From the NCBI GenBank assembly GCA_963738315.1, contig CAVTVT010000003.1, forward strand, positions 103,253 to 167,252: a DNA stretch of 64,000 nucleotides, in the 5' to 3' direction. Made by a program: the position numbers and the translations under genes. The DNA comes from Vicinamibacterales bacterium (GTDB lineage Bacteria; Acidobacteriota; Vicinamibacteria; Vicinamibacterales; JAMQPK01). Shown in pieces: positions 18,912-28,630 of the stretch (its first letter is position 1; every line of letters begins with the position of its first letter). The notes under the pieces were generated by a model. The model made no database searches. It was not told where the DNA came from and worked only from the letters and a program-made list of their open reading frames with translations.

Positions 18912-19009
18912 GGGGTCAGACCCCCTTTTCTCCGCTACACTGCGAGCCGCAAGATCTGCCACTTCCACCTATTCCCGTACGAAGAACGTAAGAGAGAGGG
19001 TCAGACCCC
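18912..19009. repeat. Repeat family A, copy 1: pair of GGGTCAGACCCC palindromes with conserved inner flanks
   Basis: GGGGTCAGACCCCC at 18912-18925 and GGGTCAGACCCC at 18998-19009. Flanks CTTTTCTCCGCTAC.. and ..CGTAAGAGAGA match the reverse complement of the element at 62038-62089. Intergenic between ndh and the PQQ dehydrogenase gene. Confidence 0.7.
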
Positions 19010-19020
19010 AATGCGGCTGG

Positions 19021-21097
19021 TTGTACCTGATCGGATGCGTCGCGTTCGTCGGGTTGATGATGGCCCCTTCGGCGCAGCAGGACGCCCCCGGCCGCGACGG
19101 ATACCCGCGGCGGTGCGCGACCTGCCATGCCGCCGCCATGACCGGTGCGAGCGCGCCATCGATCCTCGCGTTCATCCGTTATCACACCAACAGCGAGGTG
19201 GCCGCCGCGCTTCGGCGCATCCACCCGGACCTGCGCCTGGCCGACGCCGAGTTGCGCCAGGTCCTCACCGACGTGCGCGTGCTCGCCGGTACCAATCCGT
19301 CGATGGCGACCGGCGGCTACAGCGGCCGGCGGATGGGCGGGCCGGGCGGAGACGCCGGCGCCGAGCTCCCGGCCGTCCCCGCGCCGAAAGGCCCCACAGC
19401 GCCCACGAGTCCCGACGGCCTGACCAGGCAGCCGCCGACGACCATCACGATGGAGGACGGCACTACCCGGACGGGACTCCTGCTCGCGCAGGGCGAACTC
19501 GACGCCGTCCTCCTGGAGGGCCGCCGCTTCGTGCTGCTCTCGCGGCGCGGGAACCGGTACCGGGAGAAGCCTGTCGCCCCCAAAGCGGACTGGCTCATGT
19601 ACGACGGCAGCATCACCGGCAACCGCTACAGCCCGCTGGATCGGATCACGTCCGACAATGCGGGCGCCCTGACGGCCGCCTGGGTCTACGCCATGCCGAA
19701 CTCGCCTCGCTTGGAGGTCACACCCGTCGTGGCCGACGGCATCATGTACGTGTCCGGCTGGAACGAATGGCACGCGCTCGACGCGACCACCGGCCGTGAG
19801 CTCTGGAGCTACGCGGAGCCGCGCCACGAGGGCATCCTCAGCGAAGGGGGTACCGGCGCCAATCGCGGCATGACGATCTCCGGCGATCGCGTGTACGGCA
19901 TTACGGACCACGCGCACCTGCTCGCGTTCGATCGGTTCACGGGTCAGCGGCTCTGGGACAAGGAGCTCGGGCCGTATCTCGATTCCTACAGCGCGACGTC
20001 GCCGCCGCTGCCGGTCGGCGACCTGCTCGTCGTCGGCGTCGCCGGCGGCGAGGAGGGGGCCCGCGGCTTCGTCGACGCATACCGGCCCACCGGAGATCGG
20101 GTCTGGCGCTGGTATTCGGTCCCCCAGCGCGGCGAACCGGGCTCCGACACCTGGGTCGGCCAGGCGCTCGAACACGGATGCGGCGCCACCTGGATGCCCG
20201 GTTCGTACGATCCGAAGCTGGACCTCGTGTACTGGGCGATCGGCAATCCCTGCCCCGACATCGCGGGCGAAGAGCGCCTCGGCGACAACTTGTACACCTC
20301 GAGCGTGGTGGCGCTCTCGGCGAGCACGGGCACGTTGAAGTGGTACTACCAGTTCACCCCGCACGACACGCACGATTGGGACGCCGTGCAGCCGATGATC
20401 CTTGCCGACGAGATCTGGCGCGGCTCGCCGCGCAAGCTGCTGATCCACGGCGACCGCAACGGCATGTTCTACGTCCTCGATCGGGCCACGGGCGAGGTGC
20501 TGCTCGCCGAACCGCTCGCGAGCAAGGTGACCTGGCTCACCGGTATGACGAAGCGATCGCAAGCCGATCGTCGATCCGGGATCGATCGCGAGCCGCGAAG
20601 GCATCGCCGCCTGCCCGGGCGGCGGAGGCGGCGCCAACTGGCAGGCCGCGTCGTACAACCCGCTCGCCAAGCTCTTCTACGCACGCGTCAGCGACAGCTG
20701 CTCGATCTACACGTCGCACGAAGATCCCCTCGGGGCGAACGGGAATCGATGGTTCGGCCGCGGAGCGGCGACCCCGCGCGCGCGGGCGCAGCTGCGCGAC
20801 CTGCTGAGCGGCTATCGGACGGGCACGTTCATCCGCGCCATGGATCCGTTCACCGGGCGCAAGATCTGGGACCACCAGACCTCCTCCAGATCCGGCGTAC
20901 TCTCGACCGGCAGCGGACTGCTGTTCGTCGGCGGCGCCGGCGGACTGCTCGCTCTCGACGCGCGGACCGGCGAGGCCGTGGCGAACGTCAACGTCTCGCA
21001 GGCGACCCAGGCGACGCCGATGACCTACATGATCGGCGGACGTCAGTACGTCGCGCTCGCCGGCGTCGGGACGATCGTCGCCTACGCGGCCCGGTAG
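19021..21097 (+). pseudogene. PQQ-dependent beta-propeller dehydrogenase with N-terminal monohaem cytochrome c domain (one frame break near 20544-20556)
   Basis: TTG start in the track. CATCH haem site near the N-terminus (RRCATCHAAAMTG). PQQ-propeller signatures DWLMYDGSITGNRYSPLDRITSDNAGALTAAWVY and GDNLYTSSVVALSASTGTLKWYYQFTPHDTHDWDA. After ..KVTWLTG the sense frame moves (DRKPIVDPGSIASREGIAACPGGGGGANWQAASYNPLAKLFY..) and ends in ORF 20840..21097 (..MTYMIGGRQYVALAGVGTIVAYAAR). Confidence 0.85.
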
Positions 21098-21149
21098 CCG
21101 CCGCGCCGCGGCGTCTTGTCACCTTTGCTGCCCCTGCCGGTCTAATCAC

Positions 21150-21181
21150 GGTGAGGCGCCCTGCGATGCCGGCGCTTCACC
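21150..21181 (+). other. 11-bp stem-loop abutting the ribosome-binding site of the downstream small gene
   Basis: GGTGAGGCGCC (21150-21160) pairs with GGCGCTTCACC (21171-21181), with one G-U pair and a 10-nt loop. It is followed directly by TGAGGAGGATCACATG (SD plus ATG 21195). No U tract, so it is not a classical terminator. Confidence 0.35.
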
Positions 21182-21194
21182 TGAGGAGGATCAC

Positions 21195-21548
21195 ATGTTT
21201 GTCAGAGCGGCAATGACGACGATCGGTCTTCTGTTCGTGTCGACCATGGCATTTGCGCAGACACCGGAGACGGGCGCGGCCGACACGGCGGCCCGCCATC
21301 ATCGAAGCGTGAATGCACGCCAGCATCATCAGCGCGCGGCCATCCGTCAGGGGGTGACGAGCGGCGAGATCAACCGCCGCGAGCTCGACCGGCTGGCCGC
21401 CGACGAGGCGGCCATTCGCGCGGAGGAGCGGGTGTACCGGCGGACCGGAGACGGCCTCAATCGTCGCGAGTACGTGGACCTGCAGCGGGACCTGAACCGG
21501 ACGCACCGTGAAATCCGGCGAGCCCTGCGCAGCGGCTCTGGCGAATAA
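21195..21548 (+). CDS. Small secreted hypothetical protein (117 aa)
   Basis: GGAGG SD 7 nt upstream. Signal peptide MFVRAAMTTIGLLFVSTMAFAQ. Charged, helical remainder. No recognisable family. Confidence 0.55.
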   Translation: MFVRAAMTTIGLLFVSTMAFAQTPETGAADTAARHHRSVNARQHHQRAAIRQGVTSGEINRRELDRLAADEAAIRAEERVYRRTGDGLNRREYVDLQRDLNRTHREIRRALRSGSGE

Positions 21549-21693
21549 GCGGGTCGCGGGGGCGCGGCGCAGAAGCCGCGCGGCGGTGCCGGCGGCCGGT
21601 GCGCTCGGCGAGCAAGTCCAGCCGGCGCAACGGGCCGTCCACTCTGGGCGGCGAGTTCGAGAATTGCATACGCCAGGGGCGGAGGAAACCGCC

Positions 21694-22119
21694 ATGAGAA
21701 TTCGGGATGTAATGACGGCGAACCCGCGCACGGTGTCGCCGAACAATACGATCAAGAGCGCGGCGCAAATCATGAAGACGGAAGACACCGGCGCCGTTCC
21801 GGTCGTCGAGAACGGGCGTGTGCTCGCCGTCGTCACCGATCGCGACATCGTCATCCGGGTCGTCGCGGAAGGCGGAGCGCCCGATCGGCGGGTAGGCGAC
21901 ATCGCCTCGCGCGACGTCGTGACCGTGTCGCCGGAGATGTCGACCCGCGAGGCCAACGCGCTGATGAGCGAGCGTCAGATCCGGCGGCTGCCTGTCGTCG
22001 AGAACGATCGGCTCGTGGGCATCGTGTCGATCGGGGATCTCGCCGTCAAGGAAGGGAAGGACCAGCGGGTGGGAGACACGCTGGAGCATATCTCGGAGGG
22101 CGTCAAGGAGCGGCTCTAG
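21694..22119 (+). CDS. CBS-domain pair protein
   Basis: ATG 21694 preceded by GGAGG. Two CBS modules: IRDVMTANPRTVSPNNTIKSAAQIMKTEDTGAVPVVENGRVLAVVTDRDIV and VGDIASRDVVTVSPEMSTREANALMSERQIRRLPVVENDRLVGIVSIGDL. Confidence 0.85.
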   Translation: MRIRDVMTANPRTVSPNNTIKSAAQIMKTEDTGAVPVVENGRVLAVVTDRDIVIRVVAEGGAPDRRVGDIASRDVVTVSPEMSTREANALMSERQIRRLPVVENDRLVGIVSIGDLAVKEGKDQRVGDTLEHISEGVKERL

Positions 22120-22249
22120 CGTCCTTTCCCGATCACGCATTCGTGCGGGCTGTGCGAAGGCGGGACACGCGGGCCCGCCCGCACGGCTCCGCCTGCCGGG
22201 TTCCTCCTGCCACCGCACGCAGTTCCGGGCAAATCTCCGGTTTCCGCCG

Positions 22250-22265
22250 TGGCAATTCCCTTGCA
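22250..22265 (+). promoter_or_regulatory. Candidate sigma54 (RpoN) -24/-12 promoter
   Basis: TGGCAAttcccTTGCA. GG at 22251-22252 and GC at 22263-22264 have the canonical 12-nt register of the TGGCAC-N5-TTGCW consensus. It lies about 70 nt upstream of ATG 22335 of the small-ORF/pilT pair. Confidence 0.5.
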
Positions 22266-22334
22266 CGCTCCGCGCGCGATATGCCGTCGTGCCTGCCGTC
22301 CACTCCAGTCCCGTCGCGATATCGGGTCGAGAAG

Positions 22335-22793
22335 ATGCGGGTTCACGCGACGCTGATGATGTCGAACGGCGACACCATTCAGGGAGCGTTCTTCGTCGCC
22401 TCGGGCAGCGCGCTGCACGTCGGCCGCGAGCGCGTCAAGGAAGTGCTGAGCGGCGAAGCGGGCTTCTTTCCATTCGAGCTCCACGTACCGGGTGGTCCGC
22501 GCACGGCCCTATACAACCGCGATCACGTCACCGCCGTGGCGCTCGGCACCAATGACGAAGCGCAACTCGATTCGGGGTACGCCATCGCCACGCGCCGTGC
22601 CGTGACGATGCGGCTGTCGACCGGGAGGACGCTGACCGGCTCGGTGACGGTCTATCGCCCGGAAGGGCACGACCGGCTGAGCGATTTCGCGCGGTCCCCG
22701 GAGCGCTTCCGGTATCTCGAGACAGCCGACAACACGTTCCTCGTGAACGTCCGGCATCTGGTGGAACTCGTCGAGGAGAACCCGCAGCCATGA
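22335..22793 (+). CDS. Hypothetical protein (152 aa) built of two similar ~65-aa modules, translationally coupled to pilT
   Basis: Track ORF 22143..22793; likely ATG 22335. Module 1 is LMMSNGDTIQGAFFV..GRERVKEVL..FFPFEL..TALYNRDHVTAVAL. Module 2 is MRLSTGRTLTGSVTV..GHDRLSDFA..FRYLET..TFLVNVRHLVELVE. The stop overlaps the pilT ATG (ATGA at 22790-22793). Confidence 0.65.
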   Translation: MRVHATLMMSNGDTIQGAFFVASGSALHVGRERVKEVLSGEAGFFPFELHVPGGPRTALYNRDHVTAVALGTNDEAQLDSGYAIATRRAVTMRLSTGRTLTGSVTVYRPEGHDRLSDFARSPERFRYLETADNTFLVNVRHLVELVEENPQP

Positions 22794-23908
22794 CCCTGGC
22801 AGCCGTCGCCGAAGCGGTACCCGCGATTGATCGACTGTTCCACCTGATGTACCAGGCCGGCGCGTCGGACCTGCATCTGTGCTGCGGCTCGTCACCGCTC
22901 GTGCGCAAGGACGGCCGCATGCAACTGCTCGACGCCGCCATGCCCCCCCTGGCGGACGAGACGCTGAAGGCGCTGCTGGATCCGATCATGCCGGCGCCGA
23001 ACCGGCAGGAGTTCGCCGAGCGCTCCGACACCGACTTCGCATACGAGATTCCGGAGCTGGCGCGCTTCCGCTGCAACGTCTTCGCGGACAGGCGCGGACC
23101 CGGCGCCGTGTTCCGCGTCATTCCGGGCAAGATCCTGACCGCAGAGCAGCTTGGCCTGTCGCCGGCCATTCTGAACCTCTGCAGGCTCAACAAGGGGCTC
23201 GTGCTGGTGACCGGCCCGACCGGATCCGGCAAGTCCACCACGCTCTGCGCGATGATCGACTACATCAACCGGACGCGCGAGGATCACATCATCACGATCG
23301 AAGATCCGATCGAGTTCGTGCACCAGAATCAGAAGTGCCTGATCAACCAGCGAGAGGTGCGGACGCACACCGACTCGTTCAAGGCGGCGCTCAGGGCGGC
23401 GCTGCGGGAAGACCCCGACATCCTGCTGGTGGGCGAGCTGCGCGATCTCGAGACCGTTGCCATTGCCATCGAGACGGCCGAAACGGGCCATCTGGTGTTC
23501 GGCACGCTGCACACGACCACGGCCGCCTCGACGGTCGACCGCGTGATCGATCAGTTTCCTGCCGACCGGCAGTCGCAGGTCCGGATCATGCTGTCGGAAT
23601 CGCTGCGCGGAGTGATCGCCCAGACGCTGTGCCGCAAGGTCGGCGGCGGCCGCGCCGCCGCCCTCGAGGTGCTGATCGCCAGCGGCGCCGTCAGCAACCT
23701 GATTCGCGAGGGAAAGACCTTCCAGATTCCCTCGATGATGCAGGTGGGCAAGGCCGCAGGGATGGTGACGCTCAACGACGCGCTCATGGACCTTGTCGCC
23801 AAGAAGCTCGTCGCCCCGGACGAGGCGCACGCCAAGGCCGTCGACAAGGCCGGCTTCGAGGCGCTCCTCAAGCGCGGCGGGTTCGCCTTGCCGCCTCCGG
23901 CTGCCTGA
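22790..23908 (+). CDS. pilT: Type IV pilus retraction (twitching motility) ATPase PilT
   Basis: Intact 372-aa ORF. Walker A GPTGSGKST. ITIEDPIEF, LREDPDILLVGELRD (Walker B/Asp box) and the His box GHLVFGTLHT are characteristic of PilT/PilU. Confidence 0.95.
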   Translation: MTLAAVAEAVPAIDRLFHLMYQAGASDLHLCCGSSPLVRKDGRMQLLDAAMPPLADETLKALLDPIMPAPNRQEFAERSDTDFAYEIPELARFRCNVFADRRGPGAVFRVIPGKILTAEQLGLSPAILNLCRLNKGLVLVTGPTGSGKSTTLCAMIDYINRTREDHIITIEDPIEFVHQNQKCLINQREVRTHTDSFKAALRAALREDPDILLVGELRDLETVAIAIETAETGHLVFGTLHTTTAASTVDRVIDQFPADRQSQVRIMLSESLRGVIAQTLCRKVGGGRAAALEVLIASGAVSNLIREGKTFQIPSMMQVGKAAGMVTLNDALMDLVAKKLVAPDEAHAKAVDKAGFEALLKRGGFALPPPAA

Positions 23909-23945
23909 CGCGCGGCGCTGCGACTGCGGGCCGGCGCCCGCACTT

Positions 23946-24458
23946 TCAGCTGCGTTCGATCCGGACGCCCTCGATTGTCACGGGCTTCACCGGCCGATCG
24001 TTCGGCTTGGTCGTCGCCGTGCCGCCGATCTTCTGCACGACGTCCATCCCTTCCACCACCTCCCCGAAGACGCTGTGCTTGTTGTCGAGCCACGGCGTCG
24101 GCGCGAGCGTGATGAAGAACTGGCTGCCGTTGGTATTCGGGCCGGCATTGGCCATCGACAGGATTCCCGGTTTGGAGTGGCGCAGCTTCGGGCTGAACTC
24201 GTCCGCGAAGCGGTAGCCCGGTCCAGCGGTGCCGGTCCCCAGCGGACAGCCGCCCTGGATCATGAAGCCGTCGATGACCCGGTGGAACACCAGGCCGTCG
24301 TAGTACGGCCGCTGCCCCTTCTGTCCCGTCTTCGGATCCATGAATTCCTTCGTGCCCTCCGCCAGACCGACGAAGTTCGCGACCGTGTTGGGCGCCTCCT
24401 GGTCGAACAGCCGCACTTTGAAATTCCCCTCGCTCGTCGTGAACAACGCGTGTGTCAT
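23946..24458 (-). CDS. ppiB: Cyclophilin-type peptidyl-prolyl cis-trans isomerase (cytoplasmic)
   Basis: Intact 170-aa [32 protein letters not shown] and [14 protein letters not shown] are cyclophilin signatures. No signal peptide. Confidence 0.93.
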   Translation of the reverse strand: MTHALFTTSEGNFKVRLFDQEAPNTVANFVGLAEGTKEFMDPKTGQKGQRPYYDGLVFHRVIDGFMIQGGCPLGTGTAGPGYRFADEFSPKLRHSKPGILSMANAGPNTNGSQFFITLAPTPWLDNKHSVFGEVVEGMDVVQKIGGTATTKPNDRPVKPVTIEGVRIERS

Positions 24459-24489
24459 ATGGTCTCCATGGTTGAGGTCGTCTCAGGGG

Positions 24490-25615
24490 TCACGCGAAGC
24501 GGCCCACCCTGAGGGCCGCCGCGGCCGCGAAGGTCACGACGGCCGCCGCGAAGCTGAACAGCGCTCCCATCTTCGTCGCGTCGAGCAGCGGCCCGGGAGG
24601 AAAGGCCGCCGTTGCGAAGAACAGCGCAACCGTAAACCCGATCGCGGCGGCGCAGCCGAGCACCGTCAGATCGCGCCAGCTGACGCGCGGCGGGCGGTGC
24701 AGGCCGGCGAGCGTGCCGAGCCAGGTGAACAGCACGATGCCCACCGGCTTGCCGACGAGCAGCGCTCCGAGCACGATCCAGGTTCCCGGTCCCATGCTCG
24801 ACAGCGGCACGCCTGCGTTGGCGAAACCGAAGAGCAGCAGCACGATCTGCGTCGGCACCTTCCACCAGTGCTCGAATTCATTCAGCGCGTCGTGCTTGTG
24901 TCGTCTGGGCTCGAGCGTCACGCCTTCGTCGCGCGCGGCGTGCGGCAGAAACGGCACGACCGGCACCAGCGCCAGAGCGGGATGCAGGCCGCCGGTGAAG
25001 AACGCCGCCCAGGAGATCGCCCCCGCCATCGTGAGGTACGGCCAGAAGCTGCGCATGCGCAGGCGCCGCAGCAGTCCCGCCACGGCCAGGGCCGCCGCGA
25101 GCAGTACCGACGAACCCGAGCGGGTTGATCGAGCCCGCCGGGTAGAACAGCGCCAGGATGATCAGTCCGAGCGCGTCGTCCGCGATCGCGAGCAGCAGCA
25201 GGAACGGGATGCCCGGATGCTTCCCGTGGAAGACGACCTTGGCCACCAGATAGCTGAACGCGATGTCGGTGGCGCAGGGGATGGCCCATCCGGGCAGCAG
25301 CGCCCTGTCCGCGGTGGCGACGACGGCGAGCACGAACAGGATCGCCGGTCCCGCCATGCCGCCGATCGCCGCCAGCAGCGGCATCGCGGCCCGGCGCCAG
25401 GTGTGCAGCGCTCCGTTCGGCGCGGTGGCCTCGACGACCTCCTTGGTGGCCAGGCCGAAGAAGATCGCCATTCCGATGTCGTTGACGGGGAAGTGCAGCG
25501 GCTCGGCGATGTGCGTGTAGCCCTCCCAGTCAAGGTTCGCCCAGGCGATTCCGAGCAGCGCCCCCGCCAGGAGCAGCAGCGAGTGCTCGACGACGTACCT
25601 CCAGATCCCGCGCAT
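24490..25615 (-). pseudogene. nhaA: Na+/H+ antiporter NhaA (one frame break near 25102-25108)
   Basis: The N-terminal part is in ORF 24878..25615 (..FFGLATKEVVEA.., WAIPCATDIAFSYLV, LLLLAIADDALGLIILALFYP, the conserved NhaA Asp pair region). The C-terminal part is in ORF 24490..25083 (..SFWPYLTMAGAISWAAFFTGGLHPALALV..). Confidence 0.9.
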
Positions 25616-25619
25616 CCGG

Positions 25620-25919
25620 TCAGTCTAATCGGCTCGTGAGCAGCGCGCCGACGATGCGCTCCCATTCCACGTCGAGCGACCCGCTTGCCACCGGCTGCCG
25701 CGCGCGGCGGTACCAGTAAGCGGCGTTCCCCGCGTCCCCTTCTTTTCGATGCAGGTAGGCATGAACCCATGCGCCTGTCTCGTCATCGATGTCCTGCGCC
25801 ACCGCATGGGCGGCACTCCACTGGCCTCGTGCGTCTTCCCACATGGCACGGAGCGCCGGAGAGAGGCCGGCCGGCGGCTCCGTCCGGGCCAAAGATGCCC
25901 TGAATTCGGACAACGTCAT
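25620..25919 (-). CDS. Small hypothetical protein (about 100 aa) upstream of nhaA
   Basis: Track ORF 25620..25946; probable ATG 25919 (MTLSEFRASL..). Contains AWVHAYLHRKEGDAGNAAYWYRRA. It ends 5 nt before the nhaA start. No function assignable. Confidence 0.5.
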   Translation of the reverse strand: MTLSEFRASLARTEPPAGLSPALRAMWEDARGQWSAAHAVAQDIDDETGAWVHAYLHRKEGDAGNAAYWYRRARQPVASGSLDVEWERIVGALLTSRLD

Positions 25920-26012
25920 CACTCCTCCGCAGATACGCGGCAACATCTGTTTCGAATCCCTACAGAGCTTGCGGGCATACGGCTTGCTCCGTCAGGAGAC
26001 GAGGTGACGAAT

Positions 26013-26555
26013 ATGCGCGCCTTCAATTGCAGCATACGGCGTCGGCTGTTGCCGATTACATTCGTGCTCGCGCTCCTGGCGGCTCCGGCATCGGTCTTCG
26101 CGCAGCAGGAAGGCCCGAACGTGGTGTGGAGCGTCGCGAAGAGCGTGCTGGTCGATCCCACCACCTACACTCCGGCGGCTCTGTCGTACGCGTCGCAGCG
26201 CATGGACTGGGGCACATCGCAGGTGCTCTTCGACGCCGGCTGGCTCGAGCACAACCACCGCTACACGCTCAGCGGCCGCGCCGACGACGTGCCGCTCGGG
26301 TACGAGGCGGGACTGCGTCAGATCCGCCGCGATGCGCTCGGCCAGCTGCAGTACTCGGTCGTCAACAACGTGGCCGCCCAGGTCTTCGAGCGCGCGCTGT
26401 CGCAGGCGCATCCCGAGCATCGCAAGCTGTTCAAAACGCTGAGCTGGATCGAGCGCATCTCGTTCTCGGCCTACGTCGGCTACCTCGCCTCCTCCAACCA
26501 TTTCCAGCAGGCGAGCCGGAACAGGGAGCTCGCCCGGATCTACGGGCTCCCGTAA
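26013..26555 (+). CDS. Secreted hypothetical protein (180 aa)
   Basis: Track ORF 25749..26555. ATG 26013 gives the signal peptide MRAFNCSIRRRLLPITFVLALLAAPASVFAQ. Coding-like composition; no recognised family. Confidence 0.6.
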   Translation: MRAFNCSIRRRLLPITFVLALLAAPASVFAQQEGPNVVWSVAKSVLVDPTTYTPAALSYASQRMDWGTSQVLFDAGWLEHNHRYTLSGRADDVPLGYEAGLRQIRRDALGQLQYSVVNNVAAQVFERALSQAHPEHRKLFKTLSWIERISFSAYVGYLASSNHFQQASRNRELARIYGLP

Positions 26556-26565
26556 CTCCGCGTCG

Positions 26566-28122
26566 CTACCGGAGCCGCGCGAGCAGCTCTCGCGGCTCCG
26601 GCAGTCTCATCACGAGCGTGGCCCCGACATACACGACCGCATAGGGACCAAGCACCGCGGCGGCGAGCACGACGGGATGCAGCGGCGGCAGCTGGAGCTT
26701 GGCGGCCCATGCTGCGGCGGCGCCGAGCAGCGCCGCCGACCAGAGGCGGGCCGCGACCGATGCCGGCAGCCCCGTCCGCCCCAGCCGGAGATTGAGCGTC
26801 CGCCGCAGCAGGAAGAACTCGATCCAGCCCGCCACGCCGGCCGATGCGGTCAGCCCCGCCGTGCCCCAGAGGGGCGCCAGTCCGAGCGCTCGCGGCAGCG
26901 GAAGCGCCGCCACATAGCCGAGCCCCGTGGTCAGCGCCACGCGGACCGCGGCGTAGCGCAGCGGCGTTCGCGTGTCGCGCAGCGCGTAGTAGGTGGAAGA
27001 GTACAGGCGCCCGAGGGTCGAGGCGAGAAGGCCGATGGCCGAGCCGCCGAGAATCCCCCAGACGAACAGGGCGTCCTCGTGGGTGAAGCGGCCCGTCTGC
27101 AGCAGCGCCGCGGCGACGACGTCGCCGAGCGCGAGAAACGCGACCGCCGAGGGGACGACGAAGAACGCGATCCGCCTCAGCCCGTTGTCGAGTCTGCGCC
27201 GCAGGACGTCGTGTGCGTCCTGGCCCGTCGCGCCCGACATCGCCGGCAGCTCCGCGGCGGAGATCGACATGCCGAAGAGGCTGACCGGCAGCGTATAGAG
27301 GAGCTGCGCGTTGGCGAGACCCGTGACGGCGCCGGTCGGCAGGAGGCTGGCGAGCAGGGCGTCGATGTAGGCGCTGATCTGCACGATGCCGCGGCTGACG
27401 AACGCCGGGCCGAAGTTGCGCACGGCGGTCCGGACGTGTTCCGACAGCTGAAGGTGAAGCCGCAGCGTCGGGACGAGGCGGCGGATCGCGGGGAGCTGAA
27501 TCAGGAACTGCAGCCCGCTGCCCACGACCGAGCCGACCGCCAGCACCATCGCGAGCCGCGGCAGCGGCGTGCCCGCGCCCCACACCGCCATCGTGGCGAT
27601 CATCACGAGGTTCCAGACCACCGGCGCCGCATAAGAGAGGAGGAATCGGTGGTGGCTGTTGAGCACGCCGAGGCACCAGGCCGAGAGCACGAGCAGTCCC
27701 GCTCCGGGAAACAGAATACGCACCAGCGTGATGGTGAGCTCGCGCTTCGCGCCGCTGAATCCCGGCGCGATGACGGCGATGAGCAGCGGCGTGAGCGCGA
27801 CGCCGAGCAGGACGAGTATGGACGTGGTGAGGGCGAGCAGCGCCGCGACGGCCCCCGCCACGCGCGTGGCCTCCTCGTCGTCGCCCCGCGCGACGAGCGA
27901 GGCGTATACCGGAATGAAGGAGGCCGAGAGCGCCCCTTCGCCGAAGAGGTTCTGCAGGAAGTTGGGGATGCGGAAGGCCGCCATGAACGCGTCGGCGGCG
28001 TCCGACAGCCCGAAGTAGTGCGCGAAGACGCGCTGGCGGACCAGCCCGGCCAGGCGGCTGCAGAAGATCCCGATGGCAACCAGGGCGGCCGAGCGGCCGG
28101 TGCGGTGCGGCGGCGAGCTCAC
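26566..28122 (-). CDS. murJ: Lipid II flippase MurJ
   Basis: Intact 518-aa polytopic ORF. The N-terminal region IGIFCSRLAGLVRQRVFAHYFGLSDAADAFMAAFRIPNFLQNLFGEGALSASFIPV is the typical MurJ/MviN signature. Confidence 0.9.
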   Translation of the reverse strand: MSSPPHRTGRSAALVAIGIFCSRLAGLVRQRVFAHYFGLSDAADAFMAAFRIPNFLQNLFGEGALSASFIPVYASLVARGDDEEATRVAGAVAALLALTTSILVLLGVALTPLLIAVIAPGFSGAKRELTITLVRILFPGAGLLVLSAWCLGVLNSHHRFLLSYAAPVVWNLVMIATMAVWGAGTPLPRLAMVLAVGSVVGSGLQFLIQLPAIRRLVPTLRLHLQLSEHVRTAVRNFGPAFVSRGIVQISAYIDALLASLLPTGAVTGLANAQLLYTLPVSLFGMSISAAELPAMSGATGQDAHDVLRRRLDNGLRRIAFFVVPSAVAFLALGDVVAAALLQTGRFTHEDALFVWGILGGSAIGLLASTLGRLYSSTYYALRDTRTPLRYAAVRVALTTGLGYVAALPLPRALGLAPLWGTAGLTASAGVAGWIEFFLLRRTLNLRLGRTGLPASVAARLWSAALLGAAAAWAAKLQLPPLHPVVLAAAVLGPYAVVYVGATLVMRLPEPRELLARLR

Positions 28123-28129
28123 TGGCCGG

Positions 28130-28630
28130 TCAACGATAGTTTCCGAACTGGAGCGCGACTCCGAAATCCTGGCTTCGCAGCAGGCGCATGGCTTCCTGCA
28201 GCTCGTCCTTCGAGGGCGAGCTGATCCGAAGCTGGTCGCCCTGGATGGCGGCCTGCACCTTCTTGAGCTTCTGGTCCTTGAGGAACTTCACGATGTCGCG
28301 CGCGGCCTCGCCCGGGATGCCCTGCTGCAGTGTGATGGCCTGGCGCACCGTGCTGTTGCCTGCCGCCTCGATGTCGCCGCGCGTCAGATTCTTCACGGGG
28401 ACGTCGCGGCGCACGAGGCGCGTCTCGAGGATATCCCACAGCTGCCCCATCTTGAACTCGTCGTCGGCGACGAGCGTCAGCGTGCTGTCGGCCTTGTTGA
28501 ACTCGATGGAGGCACGGGACCCCTTGAAGTCGTAGCGCTGTGCGACTTCCTTGCGCGCCTGATTGACGGCGTTGTCCACCTCCTGCAGATCCACGGCGGA
28601 CGTCACGTCGAAAGATGAGGGTGCGGGCAT
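28130..28630 (-). CDS. yajQ: YajQ-family nucleotide-binding protein (UPF0234)
   Basis: Intact 166-aa ORF. MPAPSSFDVTSAVDLQEVDNAVNQARKEVAQRYDFKGS.. and C-terminal ..DFGVALQFGNYR match the YajQ family end to end. Confidence 0.9.
   Translation of the reverse strand: MPAPSSFDVTSAVDLQEVDNAVNQARKEVAQRYDFKGSRASIEFNKADSTLTLVADDEFKMGQLWDILETRLVRRDVPVKNLTRGDIEAAGNSTVRQAITLQQGIPGEAARDIVKFLKDQKLKKVQAAIQGDQLRISSPSKDELQEAMRLLRSQDFGVALQFGNYR

Noticed and set aside
23926-23941. Small hairpin GCGGGC-cggc-GCCCGC between convergent pilT and ppiB as a terminator
   Set aside because: It has only 6 bp with a weak T run (ACTTT). That is too marginal to report as a feature.
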